From: a virus
Lineage: Duplodnaviria > Heunggongvirae > Uroviricota > Caudoviricetes
IMG/VR virus record: IMGVR_UViG_2579778535_000019
Length of the DNA stretch: 3,976 nucleotides
Direction: 5' to 3' (one strand)
The position numbers and the translations under genes are program-made. The notes beneath the pieces are model-generated. The model was not told where the DNA came from. It worked only from the letters and a program-made list of their open reading frames with translations, and searched no databases. Shown here piece by piece: positions 1 to 3,976 of this stretch (the first letter of the stretch is position 1; each line of letters opens with the position of its first letter).

Positions 1-156
1 CGCGCTGCACTGATACGGCTGCAGACGACAACCTTCGTAATCGGCAATCAGTTTCAGCCCCTCCACGGAGGTGTGAAGCTGCTGAAAACCCGGCAGCGTG
101 GCAGCAATAGCCAGCACGGCCCCGACAAGGCAGCGTTTAACGATTGATGGATTCAT
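1..156 (-). CDS. Phage endolysin, SAR-type lysozyme (T4-lysozyme-like fold, P1 Lyz-like); N-terminal 52 codons only, 3' end lies beyond the window start
   Basis: ATG at 156-154 on the minus strand, preceded by GGGAGGA (159-165). Translation by hand: MNPSIVKRCLVGAVLAIAATLPGFQQLHTSVEGLKLIADYEGCRLQPYQCSA. Ala/Gly-rich weakly hydrophobic N-terminal segment followed by the E-G-C ... P-Y-x-C motif characteristic of SAR lysozymes with a caging cysteine. Not in the ORF track because it is truncated by the window edge. Confidence 0.75.
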   Translation of the reverse strand, partial: MNPSIVKRCLVGAVLAIAATLPGFQQLHTSVEGLKLIADYEGCRLQPYQCSA

Positions 157-352
157 AGTCCTCCCGCGAGATCTGCCCGTCGCGCAGAAGCTGGTAGGCT
201 TTGTGTTTGTAGTACCAGTTGATAGCCAGCATCAGCACACCAATCATCAGGCCGCCCAGCGTTGAGGCATCCTTGATGGACAAATCGCCCAGCCAGGCCA
301 GCACGACGGCGATGCAATACGTGATAAAGGCGCTGATTCGCTCAAGCGTCAT
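137..352 (-). CDS. Small class II holin (possible pinholin), 71 aa, two predicted transmembrane helices and a charged C-terminal tail
   Basis: ORF track 137..352; ATG at 352-350. Two hydrophobic stretches (ISAFITYCIAVVLAWLG and LGGLMIGVLMLAINWYY) followed by KHKAYQLLRDGQISREDYESINR. Lies between tail gene X and the endolysin, where P2-like phages carry the holin; its 3' end overlaps the endolysin start by about 20 nt. Confidence 0.65.
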   Translation of the reverse strand: MTLERISAFITYCIAVVLAWLGDLSIKDASTLGGLMIGVLMLAINWYYKHKAYQLLRDGQISREDYESINR

Positions 353-355
353 AAT

Positions 356-559
356 TCAGTCCCATAGCTGGACGGTCTGCACGGTGGTGGTGGTCGGAAT
401 GTCCGGCAGCTCCACCTGCAGCCCGTGAGGTAAAAAGGGGCCATATTCGGCAAGCCCCGGATTTGCCTTCAGTACCTGCTCCGTGACACCCTGCGTGCGC
501 CCGTAATGACGCCAGCAAAGCGCGTCCACCGTGTCATACTGATGCGCACGCACTTTCAT
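356..559 (-). CDS. X: Phage tail protein X (P2 gpX family, LysM-like), 67 aa
   Basis: ORF track 356..559; ATG at 559-557 with a GGAG upstream. Sequence MKVRAHQYDTVDALCWRHYGRTQGVTEQVLKANPGLAEYGPFLPHGLQVELPDIP... matches the remembered gpX pattern (…D.LC.RYYGRT.GV.E.VL.ANPGLAE.G..LPHG..VELPD…), and 67 aa is the expected length. Its start overlaps the L stop (TGATG). Confidence 0.85.
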   Translation of the reverse strand: MKVRAHQYDTVDALCWRHYGRTQGVTEQVLKANPGLAEYGPFLPHGLQVELPDIPTTTTVQTVQLWD

Positions 560-1023
560 CAGATAAGCTCCACTGTGCAGTGCGGCGCATCCTGCACCCG
601 GCGGATGGCCCAGCGGGCGTCACGCCACAAATCACCGCTGGCTTCTGCCAGTTCTTCGCCTCGCTTCACACCGGATGCCGTGGCGTCATAGTCCTGGTAT
701 CGTTCGTTGAGCATGGCGCGTGCCCAGCAGTAAACCGCATTGAAATAGTGCTGAATGCGCTCACTTTTGCCGTCCAGCTGCTCCGACGGAACCTCTGCCA
801 GCGAGGCATATCCCAGCACCTGCTGGCGTCTGCGAAACTCATACAGCTCTGCGTTGACCTCCGAAATTGCCGACAGCGCAACCTGCTTTAAACGCGGCTG
901 CGTCACCGTGCCGTCAGTGCGCATGACACTGCGAAACTCCGACAGGTCCACATCAGGCCAGAACGGCGTGTTTCTGATGATTTCCGCCTGTTCCGGTGCC
1001 TGTTCTGGCGCAACAAACTTCAT
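559..1023 (-). CDS. L: Phage head completion/stabilization protein (P2 gpL family), 154 aa
   Basis: ORF track frame 559..1086, but the likely start is the internal ATG at 1023-1021, which has a strong SD (AGGAGA, 7 nt spacer) and begins MKFVAPEQ. It sits immediately upstream of and translationally coupled to X, as gpL does in P2-like phages. The 21-codon upstream extension starts at a GTG with no SD. Confidence 0.65.
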   Translation of the reverse strand: MKFVAPEQAPEQAEIIRNTPFWPDVDLSEFRSVMRTDGTVTQPRLKQVALSAISEVNAELYEFRRRQQVLGYASLAEVPSEQLDGKSERIQHYFNAVYCWARAMLNERYQDYDATASGVKRGEELAEASGDLWRDARWAIRRVQDAPHCTVELI

Positions 1024-1089
1024 GCTGCTTTCTCCTGAAATAGAGGGCGGTGGACGGGGTTTTGATGTGGCAGTGCCTTTCGCCACCCC

Positions 1090-1112
1090 GTGCCGCCCGT
1101 GCGCGGGGGCAC
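1090..1112. other. GC-rich imperfect hairpin (9 bp stem with one bulge, 4 nt loop) in the region between the cII remnant and L
   Basis: GTGCCGCCCG tgcg CGGGGGCAC read directly from the sequence. No adjacent U-tract on either strand, so it is not a canonical intrinsic terminator. Confidence 0.3.
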
Positions 1113-1240
1113 GTTCTGTCAGCGGCTGTCATTGCGCAGTCTGCGCTCCAGCTGCTGTTTGTCTTTTTTCACGCCACAGCGGGGATCGAGCTGTAACGCA
1201 TGGTTGAGATGATTAAGGGCGGAAGCCGGGTTGCTTTCAC

Positions 1241-1579
1241 TCAGGATACCGCACCTGCAGCAACACGCCCGATCTCTGCGGTTGCACTCATGACGTAATG
1301 TGACAGTTTCTCTTTTGCCACCTCATTAATCGGTACACATGGCAGACAATGAATCTGTGCCAGAAAACCATCTACCAGCGTTGAATCTTCAGTCAGATCG
1401 GTAAGCAGCCAGATTTCTGGTGCGGTTAATAGATGAGGCTGAGCTGGGTTCAGCTTGTTCCGCAGAATCTGCACATTCATGCCTGCACGTTCTGCCAGTT
1501 GCACCAGATTGTGGCGCAGTGCAAATGCACGACAGGCTTCATCAAAATGTGGATGTTTGGAAACTTGGTAATCAAACAT
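1241..1579 (-). CDS. cII: Phage regulatory protein CII-like (186 CII / CP76 family), apparently C-terminally truncated (112 aa)
   Basis: ORF track 1241..1585 begins at TTG; the likely start is the ATG at 1579-1577, giving [49 protein letters not shown]... with an HTH-like segment. It is the second gene of the operon after the Cox/Apl-like gene, as in phage 186. Phage 186 CII is about 169 aa (established knowledge), so this copy appears shortened. Confidence 0.65.
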   Translation of the reverse strand: MFDYQVSKHPHFDEACRAFALRHNLVQLAERAGMNVQILRNKLNPAQPHLLTAPEIWLLTDLTEDSTLVDGFLAQIHCLPCVPINEVAKEKLSHYVMSATAEIGRVAAGAVS

Positions 1580-1611
1580 GGTCAATGCCTCTGATGTATT
1601 TCAGAATCGAA

Positions 1612-1833
1612 CTAATTAAGGTTTAGATTGCATTCTGAAAGCGCATCAACGGTCATGGCTGCTATGTTGATCATCACTTTTTCGCGTTTTTTATCTTTGC
1701 GCAAACGGTGACGGATAAGGCGTCCGTCAGCCAACATGTCATTGATGGTATCGATGGACAGCCCTGTCAGCTCGCTATAGCGCTCAATAGTCACATGAGG
1801 CGTGGTAAGAGTGATTGAAATGTTAGGTCTCAT
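1612..1833 (-). CDS. Cox/Apl-like small DNA-binding protein (excisionase / repressor of the lysogenic promoter), 73 aa
   Basis: ORF track 1612..1833. First gene of the leftward operon, divergent from the repressor gene. Its size and the central segment [28 protein letters not shown] resemble the Cox/Apl winged-helix family, and the position matches cox (P2) / apl (186). Confidence 0.6.
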   Translation of the reverse strand: MRPNISITLTTPHVTIERYSELTGLSIDTINDMLADGRLIRHRLRKDKKREKVMINIAAMTVDALSECNLNLN

Positions 1834-1958
1834 GATGCAACATTCCTCGTTTAATGATGATTAATCAGGACGAATACGGATCGTTTGTATTTTGTGAACA
1901 CCATAAACATACGATCGCACAATGAAATCGTCAAGATAAAAGTTCACTTGGAGTGACC
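1834..1958. promoter_or_regulatory. Lysis-lysogeny switch region between the divergent cox/apl-like and cI-like genes
   Basis: 125 bp AT-rich intergenic region. Contains a direct repeat ATACGGATCG (1874-1883) / ATACGATCG (1908-1916), two GATC sites, and an imperfect inverted repeat around 1888-1912 (GTATTTTGTG ... CATAAACATAC). Confidence 0.5.
1906..1934 (-). promoter_or_regulatory. Candidate sigma70 early lytic promoter (pR/Pe-like) reading leftward toward cox/apl
   Basis: On the minus strand: -35 TTGACG (1934-1929), 17-nt spacer, -10 TATGTT (1911-1906). Predicted start near 1899, giving a leader of about 65 nt before the cox/apl ATG at 1833. The second copy of the ATACGATCG repeat overlaps the -10. 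Confidence 0.4.
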
Positions 1959-2528
1959 ATGAATTTGGAGAAAGGCGGACGAGGCGCTATAGAGCGCATG
2001 GTAGAAGCTTATGGATTCAAAACTCGACAGGCGTTGTGCGATCATTTAGGAATCTCTAAAAGTACACTCGCCACACGCTACATGCGTGACTCATTCCCAG
2101 CAGAATGGGTAATCCAGTGCGCCCTTGAAACGGGCACCTCGCTTAATTGGCTCACAACCGGACATGGTTCAAAGCAAACTTCAGGTAATACAAATACTAT
2201 GGAAGTTGCTAAATATGTATTATCTGATGGTGCCTTGCGTGAAGACGGTTTTTATATTTTTGATAAGGGATTTTTACCCTCTACGTTTAAAAAACCTTTT
2301 GTCATCACAGATAACAATTCTGAATTTATTTGTGATAAAGAATTTGATGATATACGTGATGGTAAATGGGTAATAAGTATTGATGGCGAAGTAACGATCC
2401 GTGACATTACTCGTTTACCCGGTGGAAGAATCTTCGTCGAGGGTGGAAACAGAGCCTTCGAATGTAAGATAGAAGACATTGAAATAATTGGTAAAATTAT
2501 AAGTTTAACAGTCAAGTATGTTAAATAG
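1959..2528 (+). CDS. cI: Phage CI-type repressor (186 CI-like: N-terminal HTH domain plus C-terminal oligomerization domain), 189 aa
   Basis: ORF track 1953..2528 begins at GTG; the likely start is the ATG at 1959 with GGAG 5 nt upstream. The N-terminal segment ERMVEAYGFKTRQALCDHLGISKSTLATRYMRDSFPAEWVIQCALETGTSLNWLTTG fits the 186 CI-type HTH domain. Length is close to 186 CI (192 aa), and the gene is divergent from cox/apl and upstream of int. Confidence 0.8.
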   Translation: MNLEKGGRGAIERMVEAYGFKTRQALCDHLGISKSTLATRYMRDSFPAEWVIQCALETGTSLNWLTTGHGSKQTSGNTNTMEVAKYVLSDGALREDGFYIFDKGFLPSTFKKPFVITDNNSEFICDKEFDDIRDGKWVISIDGEVTIRDITRLPGGRIFVEGGNRAFECKIEDIEIIGKIISLTVKYVK

Positions 2529-2543
2529 TACCGGGAGGAAACT

Positions 2544-2735
2544 ATGCTTGGTAAGGTATTTTTTGTGGTTTTGTCATGTTCTTTGTTATTAAACCCACTA
2601 ACTACCTATGCTAGAAATTATCCCTGCTCAGGGAAAAAGGGAGGTGTTTCTCACTGTACCTCAGATGGCAAATTCGTTTGCAATGATGGAACTATTAGTA
2701 AATCCAAAAAAATCTGTACTAAAAACTCACGATAA
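2544..2735 (+). CDS. Small secreted cysteine-rich protein of unknown function (63 aa precursor; predicted signal peptide, ~40 aa Lys-rich mature part with 4 Cys)
   Basis: ORF track 2544..2735. Strong SD GGGAGG 5 nt before the ATG, 15 nt after the cI stop. N-terminus [23 protein letters not shown] has n/h/c signal-peptide architecture with a T-Y-A cleavage motif; mature part [40 protein letters not shown]. Lies in an AT-rich segment. Confidence 0.5.
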   Translation: MLGKVFFVVLSCSLLLNPLTTYARNYPCSGKKGGVSHCTSDGKFVCNDGTISKSKKICTKNSR

Positions 2736-2923
2736 CTTTTGCTTTTATATCTGCGTCTAAAATAAAAATGAGCCGCAGGTTAACCGCAAAAGTTACATGC
2801 TCACATAGCAAAAAGAATAGCCAACTTCATTATGGCTTCAGTGAGATGTATGGTCGTAGGATTTCATACATTGACACTGGTTATACATACAGTAAAAATG
2901 CTCTCTACTGGAGGGCATTTTTT

Positions 2924-3976
2924 ATGGCAGTACGAAAACTCACCACAGGGAAATGGCTTTGCGAATGTTACCCCGCCGGACGAAGTGGGCGTCGTGTGCG
3001 TAAACAATTCGCCACCAAAGGCGAAGCTCTGGCTTTTGAGCGTCACACTATGGAAGAAACCGAATCAAAGCCATGGCTGGGCGAATCAGTGGATCGTCGA
3101 ACCCTGAAAGACGTGGTTGAGCTATGGTTCAAACTACATGGTAAATCTCTGACTGCTGGGCAGCATGTCTATGACAAATTGCTGCTGATGGTTGACGCTC
3201 TGGGCAATCCTCTTGCAACCGATCTCACCTCTAAAATGTTTGCCCACTATCGAGATAAACGCCTGACAGGCGAGATCTACTTCAGCGAGAAATGGAAGAA
3301 AGGAGCAAGCCCGGTCACCATTAACCTGGAGCAAAGCTATCTAAGTAGTGTTTTTAGCGAACTATCCCGTCTGGGCGAATGGGCGTATCCGAACCCACTG
3401 GAGAACATGCGAAAATTCACCATCGCAGAAAAAGAGATGGCATGGCTTACCCATGAGCAGATTGTTGAATTACTGGCTGATTGCAAACGTCAGGACCCAA
3501 TTCTAGCACTGGTAGTTAAGATATGCTTAAGCACAGGCGCACGCTGGCGAGAAGCCGTAAATCTTACTCGTTCACAGGTGACCAAATACCGAATTACCTT
3601 TGTAAGAACGAAGGGGAAGAAAAACAGAAGTATCCCTATCAGTAAAGAGCTTTACGAAGAGATCATGGCGCTTGATGGGTTCAATTTCTTCACAGACTGC
3701 TATTTTCAATTTTTATCCGTGATGGAAAAAACGTCTATCGTGCTCCCTCGCGGTCAACTCACACACGTTCTGCGCCATACGTTTGCGGCGCACTTCATGA
3801 TGTCGGGTGGAAACATTCTGGCCTTACAAAAAATTCTCGGACACCACGATATAAAAATGACTATGCGTTACGCACATCTGGCACCGGATCATCTGGAAAC
3901 GGCGCTCCGTTTCAATCCTCTGGCAACGCTGCCAAGTGGCGACAAAGTGGCGGCAGCGGTTGGCATTACCCCGTAA
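2924..3976 (+). CDS. int: Tyrosine site-specific recombinase / phage integrase (P2-type), 350 aa
   Basis: ORF track 2768..3976, but homology-like sequence begins at MAVRKLTTGKWLCECYPAGRSGRRVRKQFATKGEALAFE (ATG at 2924, GGAGGG 7 nt upstream). C-terminal catalytic signature present: ...STGARWREA..., HVLRHTFAAHFMMSGGNILALQKILGHHDIKMTMRYAH with the R, H-x-x-R, H and Y residues. Stop TAA at 3974-3976 is exactly at the window end. Confidence 0.9.
   Translation: MAVRKLTTGKWLCECYPAGRSGRRVRKQFATKGEALAFERHTMEETESKPWLGESVDRRTLKDVVELWFKLHGKSLTAGQHVYDKLLLMVDALGNPLATDLTSKMFAHYRDKRLTGEIYFSEKWKKGASPVTINLEQSYLSSVFSELSRLGEWAYPNPLENMRKFTIAEKEMAWLTHEQIVELLADCKRQDPILALVVKICLSTGARWREAVNLTRSQVTKYRITFVRTKGKKNRSIPISKELYEEIMALDGFNFFTDCYFQFLSVMEKTSIVLPRGQLTHVLRHTFAAHFMMSGGNILALQKILGHHDIKMTMRYAHLAPDHLETALRFNPLATLPSGDKVAAAVGITP

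Noticed and set aside
1024-1086. 21-codon N-terminal extension of the L ORF (MAKGTATSKPRPPPSISGESS)
   Set aside because: It begins at a GTG with no Shine-Dalgarno, whereas the internal ATG at 1023 has a strong AGGAGA SD at optimal spacing. The extension is Pro/Ser-rich and looks like intergenic sequence that happens to be in frame.
1134-1169. Perfect palindrome GCGCAG-t-CTGCGC (1134-1146) followed by a T-run (1157-1169) on the plus strand, considered as a terminator
   Set aside because: The 6-bp arms are separated by a single nucleotide, too tight for an RNA hairpin loop, and the T-run is about 10 nt away. Any terminator would act on the plus strand, antisense to the operon. It may be a protein-binding dyad, but there is no evidence.
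219-1207. Plus-strand ORFs 219..428, 506..691, 580..891, 755..1207 and minus-strand ORF 666..881
   Set aside because: All lie antisense to, or out of frame within, the well-supported holin/X/L genes. They have no SD-start pairing, and their translations are low-complexity and rich in Ser/Arg/Cys, as expected of alternative frames in GC-rich coding DNA.
1122-1322. Cys-rich stretch (…[13 protein letters not shown]…PRCG…) in the start-less minus frame, considered as an Ogr/B-type zinc-finger late activator
   Set aside because: Cysteine spacing does not match the CxxC…CxxC pattern of Ogr/Delta/B, the frame has no start codon, and in P2/186 ogr/B lies at the opposite end of the prophage.
1420-1626. 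Plus-strand ORF 1420..1626 (68 aa)
   Set aside because: Antisense to the CII-like gene and spanning the cII-cox junction. No RBS and no recognisable features.
2125-2515. ORFs 2125..2373 (+) and 2252..2515 (-) inside the repressor gene
   Set aside because: Alternative frames within the AT-rich C-terminal half of cI. Isoleucine/leucine-rich translations are typical of AT-rich out-of-frame reading, and the cI frame itself gives a coherent full-length repressor.
2768-2923. 52-codon in-frame extension upstream of the integrase start (ORF track start at 2768)
   Set aside because: AT-rich, no SD before the ATG at 2768, and the conserved integrase N-terminus begins at MAVRKL (2924), which has a GGAGGG SD. 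Interpreted as integrase leader that happens to be open in frame; a regulatory role is possible but unsupported.
2832-3334. ORFs 2832..3107 (+), 2864..3046 (-) and 3134..3334 (-) overlapping the integrase
   Set aside because: Out of frame or antisense within a clearly recognisable integrase coding sequence.
1-3976. Looked for CRISPR repeats, tRNA-like cloverleaf sequence, IS inverted repeats or tandem repeats across the window
   Set aside because: No regularly spaced direct repeats, no tRNA-like conserved motifs and no transposase-like ORFs were seen. The only repeats are the short operator-like ones in the switch region.

Overview
The window reads as the lysogeny-control end of a P2/186-like (Peduovirus-type) prophage, probably in an enterobacterial host. 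On the + strand: a 186-type CI repressor (1959..2528), a small AT-rich gene for a secreted cysteine-rich protein (2544..2735), and a P2-family tyrosine integrase (2924..3976) that ends at the window edge, so the attachment site should lie just to the right. Diverging on the - strand: a Cox/Apl-like excisionase/regulator (1833..1612) and a CII-like regulator (1579..1241), then after only ~150 bp the late genes for head completion protein L, tail protein X, a small two-TMD holin and the N-terminus of a SAR-type endolysin. The replication and head-morphogenesis genes that normally separate cII from L in P2/186 are absent and the CII-like protein looks C-terminally truncated, so this is most likely a deletion-derived defective prophage in which lysis/tail genes sit directly downstream of the early lytic operon. 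The most unusual part is a ~0.8 kb AT-rich island (about 2160..2940) covering the repressor C-terminal half, the small secreted-protein gene and the integrase leader. All calls rest on reading the translations and on positional logic; no database search was possible.
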